DNA of 64,000 bases from Octopus sinensis (GCF_006345805.1 NC_042999.1:147374001-147438000), one strand, 5' to 3'; numbered from the stretch's first letter, positions 13,698 through 27,760 are shown. Program-made: numbers and translations. Notes: generated by a model not told the origin, from the sequence alone.

Positions 13698-13927
13698 AAG
13701 GCGGCGAGCTGGCAGAAACGTTAGCACGCTAGGTGAAATGCTTTGCAGTATTTCATCTGCCGCTACGTTCTGAGTTCAAATTCCGCCGAGGTCGACTTTG
13801 CCTTTCATCCTTTCGGGGTCGATAAAATAAGTACCAGTTACGCACTGGAGTCGATGTAATCGACTTAATCCGTCTGTCTGTCTTTGTCTCCTCTGCGTTT
13901 AGCCTCTTGTGGGTAGAAAAGAAATAG
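13698..13927 (+). mobile_element. tRNA-derived SINE, family B (Nin-domain-like)
   Basis: GAGTTCAAATTCC B-box, GGTCGACTTTGCCTTTCATCCTTTCGGGGTCGATAAA domain, TSD TACTACACTCT (13686-13696 / 13929-13939). Confidence 0.9.
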
Positions 13928-16012
13928 CTACTACACTCTGTTCACAGCCAGTATATACTAGTAATTGCTGCATCACCAGCTCGAACATTTTTAATTTCAT
14001 CTTTCGGCAGACCAGCAAATTAAACGGTCACGTTATAATAGAGCAATTCAAATGATTGTATACAGACGGTAACAATTCAGCTACAATACAATAGCTTTCT
14101 ATAGCTTTACTGTTCACTTATCAGCTATAATACAATACCTTTCTCCATGTATGCAGTTCATTTATCGACCACGATTCAACAGCCGGAATATAATTTGTCT
14201 CCTTCTATGCAGCTCATATGCCTGGATCAACAGGAACGAATATGATAGCTTCTTTGTATGTAACTTTTCAATCAGTTAATCTTAAATATTTGTTTAATAT
14301 TTTCTATAATTACAATTACAAAGAAATTATTCGCTCTAAACTTTGTGTCGCCCGAAAAGAATATGCAATTTCACATATGTGAAATTCTTTGGTTGCAGCA
14401 TTTGAATTAGCAGAAAAGACTTTATGCAAACATTGAAATACATCCCTTTCGTGACGTTTGTAATTTTAAACTATGTTAATTTTTCTGATTGAACACCTGT
14501 TAATTCTCTATCAATCTGTATTCGCAATCTTTGGTAAGAACACGTGCTGTTTACTATTTGTAGCAACTTTATTACAAGGCCTGTGGTGTTTTTCAAGGTT
14601 CTTGAATAATTCTGAAAAAATAAAAGCGTCATATCAAATTGCCGAAAACGATTATATAATTTTAGAAAGCAATGAAGAAAAATGGAAACGTTTCCTCGCG
14701 AACATTAAAAGATTTTTTGATGGATCAAATGTTCGTTTCGTTCATGACTGATAATACAAACTGAGTTTTAAACATGATAAAATCCTACACTGGGGAATCG
14801 AATTCCCCCTCTGTCACACATAAGATACATTGTATGTCGACCCGTAGGTATACTCAGCTAGTAAAAATAAATTAGAATTACAGCATTCTTCCTAACATAA
14901 GAAGAATACAGTATTATTTAAAATTCTGGCACACTCTGCCGAAAATATATTGTAAATATGTGACAATTACGATGCATGAAATAGAATTAAACTAACGTTT
15001 TTAGCTGAAGCATAAATTTCATATACGTGTTGCCTGACCCCGTTAAAATTTGTCCTCGTTCTTCTTATTATACAAATACACATTTACTACAAGCGAGAAT
15101 TTTTTCTTTTACCATATGAATTGAAATCCAAAGGTCATTCCTCCAGTTATGGAAACTCATTTGTGTCTACTGTTAAAAAGCAAGTCCTAAAGAGACATCG
15201 GCATTCTACAATCTCTACAACCCCATTACAATCAGAGTGTAAACTGAATAACAGTTTTATATCGCATCATATAAAGTTAATACATAAAACTGCACATTTT
15301 TAATGTAATCTCTGTGGCCGGATACTCTACTGCACAGGCTTTAAGATTTGTAAGATCATACAAAATCGCTTCTCATTTTCTGGATAACTGTTCCTCATTC
15401 AGAATATTTTAATCATTTTTTAAAATCTGTTGTATTATATCTCCATTATCTACACTTTCAAAATTGGAATCGCTACTGGAAAGCACGTTAATTGTAGATT
15501 CTAGTTAGAATAAAAATCGCACTTGGTTTCTTATTCAAGACACGTTCACTACAAGAGAGATGTAACTCAAAGAGGGCAACTATAATATTAAACTACACAA
15601 GCTAACGCTGATCACCAGCTGTCGAAATTGAAGTGAAGATCGGTCATCAGGGTTTCAATATCTCAATTTGAACAACGTAACTCCTAATGACAAGAACTCT
15701 TCATAAATCAGATATCATTAAAGCTATTTGGGAGAATCCCGAATATCTAACTCTTCATGGACCAACATGAATTTGTAACCGAGTTATATGTCTAAATTTG
15801 TAACACTCATTATCAATATTACATTTAACATTTCTTATATCAGAAAGAGAAGGGAAAGGAAATACTAAAACTGCTGCTTATACATCAAGGTCGTAGCATA
15901 AAAGGTATTTTATTGTGGGAGAATGAGGAGTGCTTTATATATTGAAGTTGAATGAGATAGTATGTTGATGGCGTTTAGTTAATGTAAAAGAGTTATTAAC
16001 TATGAACTATCT

Positions 16013-16246
16013 TATTTCTTTATTGCCCACAAGGGGCTACACACAGATGGGGACAAACAAGGACAGGAAAACGGATTAAGTCAATCTGATCGACGTCAGT
16101 GCGTAACTGATACTTATTTAATCGACCCCGAAAAGATGAAAGGCAAAGTCAACCTCGGCGGAATTTGAACTCAGAACGTAGCGGCAGACGAAATACTGCT
16201 AAGTATTTCGTCCGGCGTGCTAACGATTCTGCCAGCGCATCGCCTT
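16013..16246 (-). mobile_element. SINE family B
   Basis: Reverse complement of 13698-13927, with TSD TATGAACTATCT on both sides. Confidence 0.9.
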
Positions 16247-16639
16247 TTAATTATGAACTATCTGCAATGGCTTTACAGCGAACTAGGAAATAAGAAGGGT
16301 GGAGAAAATGTGGATTATGGTGGAAACTGAAGACATATATGGAGAAATAGATGGTAAATCCAAAATTATCAAACAATACACTTCAAGATGTAGCAAACAA
16401 TTACATGTCTGTATGTATGTGTGAATGTGTGTGTACATATGTATGTATGTGTGCTTGTATGTACGTGTGCTTGTATGTATGTGTGTGTGTGTGGAGTCTA
16501 TGTGTCTTTTAAAACTTGTTCGTTTCCATCTCATAGATCATAACGCTGAAATCCATTAATCCTCTCCGACATATCTCATTGGTCACTTCAGACATTTTCA
16601 AAAGTATATATAACTTGACATATAAACTGCTCACTCTGA

Positions 16640-17880
16640 GAAGATTTGTGTCCTCTGTAGATTTATTAATTTATGGCCATATACTGAGATGATATACTGC
16701 GGTAGATACCATGAGAGAAAACCTCACATTGGCTTTTGGAGCAAAATACACACTTGTTTATATCGTTAGCGGCGAAGCAGTTCCCCGCCACCTCCAGCAC
16801 CGAGACCAATAACAAAAGATCCCATTTCAAACAAACATTGCTCGAGATAGAAAATGAAGTCAAACACGCCAATGAAGTGGAAAGAGCAGAAGAGGAAGCC
16901 GGAGTATCAAAAATATTGTGACAAACCCTAATGCCTTTTAATCTGCTTCAGTACGGTACAAAATTGGGCCACTATTCTACGAAAATGGCGCACCGACTGT
17001 AGATATCCAGTGGATTAGTGAAAGAAATGCAACGGGACTCTAGCAAGATTGCATTAGATTCTCTTTCGAAGCTTCTTCGCAACTGGGAGACTTCTCGAAA
17101 AGGTAAAGGAAGGTATGATATGCCCTACCCATAAGGGAGGTAGCAGAGCAGATGGTACAAATTATAGACCTGTATCTCTACTTTATTCACATGTCAGCAA
17201 AGTCATGGAACAGATTTTTCAGGAAGAAACTACTTGCGTTCCTTGAAGATAATGACATGGTTCCTGACACCCAGCATGGCTTTCGCTCAGTAAGAAAGTG
17301 CCTGACAGATTTTTCAGCATAATTACTGGATATTGAAACAATTAATGAATCACTTAAATATGGATGTTATATATCTGGTCTTTCCAAAGTCCTTTCATAA
17401 GGTTGAGCATTGGATGATATGTCACAAACTACGGAGACTTAGAAAAACACGGAATATCTGAGAGTGGTTGCATGAATTCTTAAAAGACAGAAGTCAGGAT
17501 GTAGCAGCCAACGGACCACTCCCAAAGGAGACAGTAATAGAAAGTGGTGTACCTCAGAGAACTGTATTGGGACCACTGCTGTTCAAGATGGCTCTTTCAG
17601 ACATGCCACCAGTTCCACAGACAGCCACACTTAGTAGCTATGCCGATGACACAAAAGTAGTATAAACAGTCAAAGAACATTCTAATGCTAATCTTCTACA
17701 GAAAGACTTAGATGCCATATATAAATGGGCTGAGGACAACTGCATGCAATTTAATGCAGGTAAATTCCAAGCCCTCCACTACCAGTGAATTGGTGCTCAG
17801 GACTCACAGCAATGATAGTTTGGACCAAAAGTAGCAGCAATCCCAGAAGCACATACGGTGACAAAATCACTAGATTTACA
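16640..17880 (+). mobile_element. CR1-group LINE ORF2 (RT) fragment, decayed
   Basis: NYRPVSL, QHGFR, SGVPQRTVLGPLLF, YADDTK and LQKDLDAIYKWAEDNCMQFN, with stops and frameshifts. Confidence 0.9.
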
Positions 17881-18299
17881 CCGTAATTCACATACTTTTA
17901 ACGACGACTTCAAATAATACATAACACACCATTTTATATAGGCATACATATACATATATAAAGGTGATATTCTATTGTTTTTGCGTCCAAGATATATTAA
18001 ACGTTTAAACAATTACATATTTTGCGATGTATATACGAAACAAAATTTAATCATTAGATATATATTATAGTCTATTTATTCACTCGCCAACCTCGCATTG
18101 TTTTGTAGAATAATTTTGTTGTATATGAAGTCTACTTAACACACAATTATTATTTTATCCAATCGTATTGACATAATGTCGTGTTGTCCTCAATCTAAGA
18201 GCAACATGTTGTAAATCAGAGTATCTGAGTGAATGAAATTTGTGGTAAAATCGGATTAGCGACATAGTACACCATCAACGTAGAATACGTATATATGTT

Positions 18300-19540
18300 G
18301 TACCTTCCTAATTCTGTTTATTTGTCTCCATTTAATTCAGTCGCATTTCTTCTTGTCTTTATTGAATCATTTGTACAGAAACTTTCACTGATATTGTTTT
18401 CTTTATATATTCTATACCTTCCCTCCGCGTTTTAATTCTCTAATGCGAAACAGATATTTCTGGTTATATATTATTTTCTTCGTGATATTCTTTACATTAA
18501 TTCAATCTATGTCTGCTATATATGACTTGATGTAATATTTTCAGTAGTGATCGATCTCATCTGTATTTTAAGACATATAACCCAGGTGCTTACTTCTATA
18601 CAATACACTCTTCTTATTTGAATAAATAACCTCTTCTTATTTGAATAAATCGTTGTTATATTTCCTGGAAAATGATGGCTCACTAAAGACTTAGTTTAAA
18701 CACAGAGGCCAAATACAGGCATTTTTATAGTATATTATATAATTATTTCTATCAAGCAACGTTATTAGCCATTTCCCCATTAACGGCAGGGTTCCTCGTG
18801 CGTTTGCCTAACGGTATTCACATTTCTTGTTTGGATGCCTTTTATTTACAACGCTTAATATCTGAGATGGATCACCCATGAAGCAATCTCTTGCAATTTT
18901 TCTAAGTATATTGTAGAAGAATGATATGAGCGTTTTTCCAGTTATATGAACTCTTTCTCTTTCAGTTTCTAATACGATTGCTGCTTACCAAAGAACATAA
19001 ACTTCATGACGGAATGAAACATTTTTATTTGGTTTAAATCTCTCCCTGCAAAAATTATGTGACACCAAAGAAACCTTCAACTTTTCATTGAGTTTCAAAT
19101 ACTTTATTGTCATATAGTCTGAAGCTGGTTACATGGTGTGAGTGGGATTTTAATGCAGAAGTGTTAGATTTCATTATTACTGATATCCCTGTGAGAGTGA
19201 TAAAAGACAGGGAACGTGGAGTCTAAAGTAAATGCAATCATTTCCTTCAGGCTGACGATGGAGCAGAGGTTGTCCTTATAAACATAGTGGTTGAGCAATT
19301 TCGATCGCATAGTGAATAATTGTGGGGCTTATATGTAAGATATGGCAAGTTGCATCAAGATTAGCACAAAGTCTATTGATATTGAAGAGAAACGATAATG
19401 TTCTAGAGGTTTTAAGTCTGTATTTGAGGTTTTAAGGAAGGGACGAAGGACAACGCAGTTCAATTAAAAGTCATGATATCCACAGTCACAATTTTGTTTC
19501 CTATGGTTACAGGGCTTTTACGCTCCTCATCAGACTGTGT
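18300..19540 (-). mobile_element. Highly decayed PLE-like remains with degenerate HHR at 19481-19539
   Basis: Traces of a C..CPLxGxxL linker near 18780-18840; CACAGT-CTGATGA..GAA-ACAAAATTGT-G-ACTGTG. Confidence 0.4.
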
Positions 19541-20327
19541 ATGAGTGTCGGTTTTTATGTGGTTGCCGCAGCTAAGATACAGGGTTCGCTTCTTTACCTG
19601 TTAGCAGTATCGGCTTTGACAAGAAACAAAATTGTATGTTTCTTTCTTTCTTTTTCTTTTCTCATAGTCATTATTTATGTATACCAAAGTCCAGGGATAC
19701 CAATCACAGGTCTTTATTTTTTTTATATACGTAGAAGAAAACCAATAAGTCGACCTGAAGGACAACATTACCCCACGCACCATCAGGTGGCGCATGGTAG
19801 AACGATCCACGACATACGTTAATGGATCAAAGTGGTAAGAGCTTTTTTATAACAGGTATAATTTATATCCTTTCTAAATCTAACAACTCCACTAACCTAG
19901 GGAATTCTAGACTATAGATTTTCACTAAATGCAATCATCTCAATATGATTGTATTATCGAAGGGGAAAATACCACTCTCTCCAGAGTAAGAATGGAGTCT
20001 CGCACACTTTAACCTTTCGCTGCTGAATAAACAACACCAAGAATCGTTAATTCTAACGGGCGAAAGGGGCACCTCTTCTCGACTTTCATTCCATATTTTT
20101 ACTCTCGTTCTTTTGTTTATTTACATTTTCCCTCTTGTTCTTTCTTATTCCTCTTCACATTTTATCAGAGAAGAAGCGTGTTTTATTTTGAATCTCACTG
20201 AGTGACGCATACACATGGGTACACTATACAAACTCGTCCGATCATTATGCTATCAGATCTATGAACTTATAGTTGCTCATATTTGTATCTTGTGTATGTT
20301 AAGTGATATTTGTCTCTCACTTGATGT

Positions 20328-20650
20328 AGGTGCGTAGCTTAGTCATTAAGGTATTGCGCTCACGCCGACCTTGCGGTCGTGAGTTCTATTCTCGGTGATA
20401 CATTGTGTCCTTGAGCAAGACGTTTATTTCCCGTTGTTTCCGGTCCACTCAGCTGGCAAAAATGAGTTGTACGTGTAATTCAAAGGGCCAGCATTGTCAC
20501 ACTATGTCTCACGCTGAATCTCAATGAGAACTTTGTTAATGGTCCTCATGTCTGGAGTTCTTGGCGACTTGCACATTAATTTAACAAGCAAGTTGTTCCG
20601 TTCATAGGATCAACTTGAATATGCATATTGTAGTAACCGATGCAGTGCAA
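20328..20650 (+). mobile_element. tRNA-derived SINE, family C-related
   Basis: tRNA-like head and CCTTGAGCAAG..CACTCAGCTG..AAATGAGTTG core shared with 44239; tail shared with 22680-22990. Confidence 0.75.
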
Positions 20651-20682
20651 GGTTTATGTATATATATATATATATATATATA

Positions 20683-20765
20683 TAGTTATCGCCATACTAA
20701 TATTAATTTCCAGTAACGCTGTCGTAATCTCCTTTAGAGAGACTTAGTAATTTTAATATTTCTAT
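20683..20765 (+). mobile_element. Minimal PLE 3'-end insertion (same family as 55524-55956)
   Basis: About 17 bp of inverted arm plus ~62 bp of tail, the reverse complement of 55524-55585, within (TA)n. Confidence 0.75.
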
Positions 20766-20782
20766 ATATATATATATATAAT

Positions 20783-20971
20783 ATTTTACTCTTTACTCTT
20801 TTACTTGTTTCAGTCATTTGACTGCGGATATGCTGGAGCACCGCCTTTAGTCAAGGAAATCGACCCCAAGACTTAGTAGAAGTCACTTGCCCAAGGTGTC
20901 ACGCAATGGGACTGAACCGGAACCATGAGGCTGGTAAGCAAGCTACTTACCATACAACCACTCCTGCGCCT
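20783..20971 (-). mobile_element. SINE family A, internally deleted
   Basis: Head and tail are fused at ~20875. Confidence 0.8.
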
Positions 20972-22007
20972 ATATATATATGCGCATACACACATACTCA
21001 TATGTATATATATTTGGTACATTGTTAATGGCTTCAGCTTCGCATTCACTTGAAATATGCAGTATCGTGACACACAAATAAACACACTATCGCAACCTGC
21101 CAGTACAATGAGAAAAATAAATTTGATTTCACAGGTTACCAGTGAAACCGAGACATACTATAAATGAATTATCCTACTGCTAGTAGGATAATCACTTCTT
21201 CATTTTTGATAAATTACTAGTACTGATAAACTATGCGTAAAGCACTAAACGTTGTCGATTTGTACTTTTCCTTTATTTCTCATCAACATTTAGTGTTGTG
21301 ATATGCAGTGACATATGGAGTGGAGCTTAGTTACATTTCTGTTATTGTCACGCAATCAACTCTGGCCAAAAACGGATTTCAAACTTAATGCAATGCTTTA
21401 TTCTCATCTGTTTTATCATGTCTAAGATTTGACACGTAATATAATGTTACAGTGAAATAAATGTCTCACATTGTGAAAGATTCATTTTTACCATTCAAGG
21501 ACACGCAAAATCTCTTATATTTAGTTGTCGCCTGTTTCCTAAGAGTGCACTCTATTATAAATGTCGGAAATACAGTCAAAGTTCTGCGACGTGGTCGCTA
21601 TCAAACACAAAGAACGACAAAGAATAAAATGAATGGACTGTTTTGGTGGTCAACGGCCCTGGAGATGTGATTGCTTCGATTAAGGTTGTAAAAATGCAAA
21701 TATTTACAAGTAATAAAGTTTTTCGAAATGTCAAAGCTCCCTATGTCGGTTATGCATTATCATCTCTTGTTATCATAACCGTGCTGAGTTATGTATAAAG
21801 AAATTATGAAAAACGCCTGGAAATAATGAGGTACTTTAAGAGAAAACAATAAAAGATTGTAGTTAAAATATCCTGAAACCTATTGGAAGATATTTTTTTT
21901 GTTTTCACAGGATAATCTATCGACGAGTCCTGGACCGAGAGACAAAATTTCACATATGGTCGCAAGGTTTTTGAAACACAAATATAAGATAACACATGTA
22001 TCCCTGT

Positions 22008-22053
<46 letters not shown>

Positions 22054-22679
22054 CACGAGATTCTTTCTCTTTTAATATTTTACTTGATGCATTCATTAGT
22101 GTGCAGCAATGCTGACACGCTGGTTTAAAATACTTAGCCGATAAAGTCGCGTGCAGTACTAATTGCGTGCCAGGTGGTTACTTTAACTGTCAATTCATGC
22201 CGCAGCGATATGATACGTGAGCGTAAACAAAAAAGACCGGTTTTTAATCGGTGAGAAACAAACACACGCACATTTCTGTATAAATACACGAACACATATG
22301 TACGTATGTATATATGTCTGTAGACGAAAAGGTTCCGCATAATTTTCATCCACCAAATTCACTCACAATGCATTGATTACATGGGGCTTAATACAAGTCG
22401 CTACTGCGAATTACTGCACAGCGGAAGTCAACCCAGCACCAAACTATGTGGCCACATTCTTAGTCACACACTGATACCTACGCCCAAATAAAAGAATATC
22501 TTACAATGACTGAAATGAACACATTTCATCACTGACATACAGTTGCTTAAAATTGTCTTGACTCAAAGGATGAACCCTAGTTGGTTTGTTTATGACCGGC
22601 TGGAATTTTGAAAATTATAACATATCTTACATAAAACAGATTTACACATATACATATATACATATATACAACTAAAGGA

Positions 22680-22990
22680 GAACTCCGTCGGTTACGACGA
22701 CGAGGGTCTCAGCTGAAACGATCAACAGAACAGCCTGCTCGTGAACTAATGTGCAAGTGGTTCAGTATTCCACAGAAACGTGTACCCTAAACGTAGTTCT
22801 CAGAGCGATTCAGCGTGACATAGAGTGTGACAAGGCTGGCCCTTTAAAATACTGGTACCACTCATATTTCTCAGCTGGACGGTAGCAACGTGAAAATAAA
22901 GTGTCTTGCACAAGAACACAACACGTCGTCGGGAATTCAAATCACGACCTTGCGATCTTGAGCCAACTGTCCTAACCACAAAGCCACGCG
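22680..22990 (-). mobile_element. tRNA-derived SINE, family C-related
   Basis: Reverse-complement homologue of 20328-20650. Confidence 0.75.
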
Positions 22991-23643
22991 CGTTTCCTAT
23001 ATGCAACTATATAACAAAAAGTACATACATATGGCAATGCATTCACTTGTAGATAAGGTAGTTTCACAAGAAGAGCTAATTATGTTTCGATGTCTGAATT
23101 TTATATCTCTGACATGTGTCTAAGTCTCACTGGCTAGACTTGTTGATTTCAAATATACATATATTGAAATACATATAATCGTATCTATGAGGTTATGATG
23201 ACGATCACTATGGCTGTGAACTTATACAGATACACTATGATGTAAATCAACAGACAGCATTGAGGAATATGTTGATTTATTCCTATGCAGAGTTTGTTTA
23301 TATTTAGGTATGTATGGAAGTATATGTACAGAGATTGTATGACAATGGTATTTGTTATCTTCACACGCACAGGCGCATGCACTCACATACAGACGCGTGT
23401 ACTCATCCACATATATATATATATGTATATATGTATGTGTGTTCATATTTAGACTTCAATTGAATATATGCGATGTTATTTGTAAGGTGCAATCCATAGT
23501 TCACAGGTCGATAGAGATCATTTTTCTACTGTCTTCAGTAGTGTATATAACATCAGGATATATATGCTATTTCCGCCATTTGAATAACCTCAGATTATTT
23601 GATTTTTATCTTATCAGTATACATATGTATATATACATACATA

Positions 23644-23677
<34 letters not shown>

Positions 23678-24631
23678 ACACACACACACACACATATTTA
23701 TCAATGTTTATATCTGTGTGACTGAGTGAATAAATGTGAGTGTGCGAATATCTTAGAGTTCATGTTTGTTTGTGTGTGTATACTTCTTTTTTATCTATTC
23801 GTAAGATGTTCACCTTTTACTTTTTAACATTTTATTTTGGTTTTGGCCTTATATTTTCACTGCTTCATTCCTTTTTTATTATTTTTTTTTTTTTGGCTGT
23901 TGATTATTATAGCATTCACATAAATGTCATATCCTTTGGAATATCAACGTACATTTCTTTAAAAAGAAAAAAACAAGAGAAACGGCCATTTTGTTAAATA
24001 ACACGCTACCTAAAATACTCACTACTTTTCCTATTGCCATTTTGTTTCGTTGGACTGATTAAAATCTAAAATATGTATGGAAAATGCAGCTGTTTATCTG
24101 GAAAGACTGGGATAGAAATAGAGAAATATGTTACAATCTCTTAGCAATGATTAAATATCTGAAAAATATAAGCCAAAACTTAACCATTTCTAGCAATTTA
24201 AAATAAGGAAACTTACTGTGCTGAAAAAATATAAAGCAAAAATTAACCACTTCTAACAATCTATTATTTCTTACCAAATCATGTTAAATTAATGAAACCT
24301 TTTTCAATTTTTTCCCTTATACCAAAAAATTCCTGATTACCTTCCCCTGTCTGGAACTCTCATACTTCACATCATATAGAAGGGAAGACACAATATCGGT
24401 AAAGAAATTTGAGAAATTTGAAAAGAAAACCGGTTACTTCTCCAAAGACAATGTTACTTTACACAAAAGTTTACAAAATTTTATAACATTTTCCTAACAA
24501 AACGATTTGAATATATTCTTTAACCTTATAACACAAGTCTTCTGTAGTTTTTTTCACTTTATTTTTGTCTTTTATACAACCAGCCACGTGCTTTCACACA
24601 CCAACTCTCTCACCTATGTATATATATATAC

Positions 24632-24718
<87 letters not shown>

Positions 24719-24744
24719 TGTTTATGTATGTATATGTATATCTT

Positions 24745-24943
24745 TCTTTGTCTGTGTTTGTCGCCAACATCGCTTGACAGCCGATGCTGGTGTGTTTTCG
24801 TCCTCGTAATCTACCCGTTCAGCAAAAGAAACCCATAGAATAAGTACGAGGCTTAGAAAGAATAAGTTCTGGGGTTGATTTGCTCGACTAAAGGCTGTGC
24901 TCCAGAGTGGCCGCACTCAAAGTACTGAAAATAATGAAAGAAT
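24745..24943 (+). mobile_element. SINE family A, 3' half
   Basis: Homologous to the family A tail. Confidence 0.8.
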
Positions 24944-24964
24944 ATATATATATTATATGCTTTT

Positions 24965-25100
24965 AAGTGATAAAACTTTCAGGTTCAAACCAGAGGTGGA
25001 ATTAGCTTTCAAAGATTTCTTACCATGAAAGCCAATACGTTTTTATCAACGAGACATAAATAATCTCGTTGATCAATGGCAAAGATGCATAGAAGTTCGC
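24965..25100 (+). pseudogene. Mariner transposase C-terminal fragment
   Basis: KTFRFKPEVELAFKDFL..FYQRDINNLVDQWQRCIEV. Confidence 0.7.
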
Positions 25101-25324
25101 AGACTAATTTAAACATTTCTATTGTTCTTTTTCGGCCATTGTCCGTGCAACATCTATATTCCTCCGTGTGCTCGTGAAATCCTGTATCCCTGCCGTAAGG
25201 CTTTATTTCCACACACGTCAGCTTAATTTAATTCGTCCTTAGTCGAAAGCCACCTGTTGTTATATCCTGTTATATGTAGTTGTGTAACTTTCTCCGTTAT
25301 TTTTTCTGTCCTTGTTTTCGTATA

Positions 25325-25470
25325 CATTTGCTACTCTCTTCCAAGGAATCTAATGCACTTATTTTAGTTTTTCCTTGGGGCTGGCTAGATTTGGAGCAAT
25401 CTCGAGTAATACCAACCGAAATTGCATAGTTAATCTGGAACTTGACTGAGGAAAGAAAACTCCGAATGCC
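25325..25470 (+). ncRNA. Candidate non-circularly permuted hammerhead ribozyme, copy A (diverged)
   Basis: GGCTGG..GCAAT-C-TCGAGT-aata-CCAACC-GAA-ATTGC..ACTTGA-CTGAGGA; covaries with copies B and C. Confidence 0.6.
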
Positions 25471-25576
25471 CTGTCTTTCTTTTGTTTGTATCGTCTATCT
25501 GAATGTTTTTGTTGTCCTTTTTTTGTATCACCTAACTGCCTAGATGTTTTGCGTTCTTGTCCCATTTTGCATTATA

Positions 25577-25621
<45 letters not shown>

Positions 25622-25649
25622 ATATAGCGAGAGAGAGAGAGAGAAAGAG

Positions 25650-25935
25650 ATGTGGTGTGGTAAGACGCTTGTTTCCCAACCACATGTTTCAGGGTTCAGC
25701 TCTACTGCAACGTCTACTATAGCCTCAGGTCGGACAAATCTTTGTCAGTGGATTTGGAAGACGGAAACTGAAAGAATCTCATCGTATACATATATGTGTC
25801 TGTGTTTATATGTGTGTCTCTGTTTGTCCCACTTCCACTGCTTGTCAATCGATGTTGGCTTGTTTATGTCCCAAGCCGTTCCGCAAAAGAGACCGATATA
25901 ATAAATATTAGGCTTACAAAAAATAAGTCTCCTGG
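25650..25935 (+). mobile_element. SINE family A, decayed
   Basis: Head, core and partial tail are recognisable. Confidence 0.75.
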
Positions 25936-27618
25936 AAGCGATATTTATAAATATTGATTTGTATTTCACGTTCAAATCTTCCGTATATATGCCACTTAAG
26001 CCTATCAATACATATGTGATGCGAAAACTACATTAACCACAACCTATAAGTAAGCAGTATTATTATAACGTTTTTTACAAGTGAGGATACGGATTTATAG
26101 AGGAATGAATTCAGTTCTCGGAAGCGACTTCCTAAGCCAGTAATTACGGATCAAGATCATGTTGAAAGTAAGATTAGGTACTATTGGTGGCGCAGGCATG
26201 GCTGTGCAATTCAAAAGCCTGCTTTGATGCTATTCATATGTTAGTCACTATCCCAGTTATATCCCTTGGGACATTTAATTTTATTTGTGCATGATGTCCG
26301 TTGAAAGTTTGTCAGCCCTTTAAAAAAAAAAACTTCTGTCAAACGATAAAATAATTTAAAATATAAAGTATACACTGCTCACAAGATGCAATTGAATCAC
26401 AATAGATCGAAATGAACATCCTTTTCTTTTGCTTCCAAACAAAAATCAGAATTTCCCGAAGCATGTCAATGAATTTATTGCTATTAATTTTTTTATACTT
26501 TCGAATTAGGCTCTCTATTTTTCTAAGTGGAAATTACTGAAAAGCGCTCGTTATATTTCTCAACGAGAAATATTTCTATTGATTCAGTAATTTTGAGAAA
26601 CATCATTTACGGTATCCTCTTTCAGCTATGTTCGTAGTTCATCTAGTTCATCAAACAGTCAAATTTCAATTCTGATACAAGTTATGGAAGTAGCTTATCC
26701 TCTCTCTGTGTGTGTGTGTATGTGTATGTGTGTGAACATGTGTGCGTCTCTGTACGAGTATATGCATGTGTATGTGTGCTTTATGAAATCCCAGGCAGAC
26801 AATATTTATCACCGATTAAGACAATAAAAATAGTATTCAAGTTCTGGATAAAATTCTCGTAGGTTATTATCAGTGAAAGATCAAGTAGCCAGTAGTCAGG
26901 GACAAGATACAGGAAAGGTAGGCTTTAATATGCGAGCGTAAATATGCCTGTTCTTACTCTCTCATGTGCACCTAATAGTGTAGCGATGTGTAGGTCTATG
27001 CTTATATACGTGAAAGCAGTGTATGTATATCATGAGATGACGTTGATTGAACGATATAATTGTTGCAATTAGCGACCAAATTGTAGTCTAGTACACACAT
27101 CAATTTGTATTTAAAAATAAACTTACAAAATTCTACTTCGAAAAATCACTGGGTGAAGAGTAATTCATGATGTAACAAAGTAATTTATGAAGCAGGTAGA
27201 ATAATGTTTGAATTGTATGGATTTGTAGTTTTCCATTCGAACTTTAATTGCTATGATAAAACGTATGCAATACTATCTTCTAATTAATAAATCAAAAGCG
27301 GATTGTATCAGAAATGTATTCCCAAATGATCAAATGATGAAAGGCTTTGGGGCTGAAAAGATGAAAATGCTAAAAACTTGTGGGGCTTTAGAATGTGAGT
27401 TTTTACATTTTCATGTGCGCCTATTTGTATAGATATATGTAAGTATATCTGTATGTACGTGAAAACACCGTATGCATACAACTCACCTCAAATTAACGAG
27501 ATAACCAATACATATTTCAATGTAGAAACTTCCACCGGGAGATTTGGTGTCCAGTAAATGCATATCATATACAGACCTGAACTTTATTCAGATACTGACA
27601 TATTAAAAAACATATACA

Positions 27619-27671
<53 letters not shown>

Positions 27672-27682
27672 GGCTTAGTAAA

Positions 27683-27760
<78 letters not shown>

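Noticed and set aside
14070-14270. Degenerate short tandem repeats (CAGCTA.AATACAATA.CTTTCT)
   Set aside because: Ordinary decayed minisatellite; nothing further is supportable.
15640-15670. Minus-strand CTGATGA
   Set aside because: No GAAA or supporting helices.
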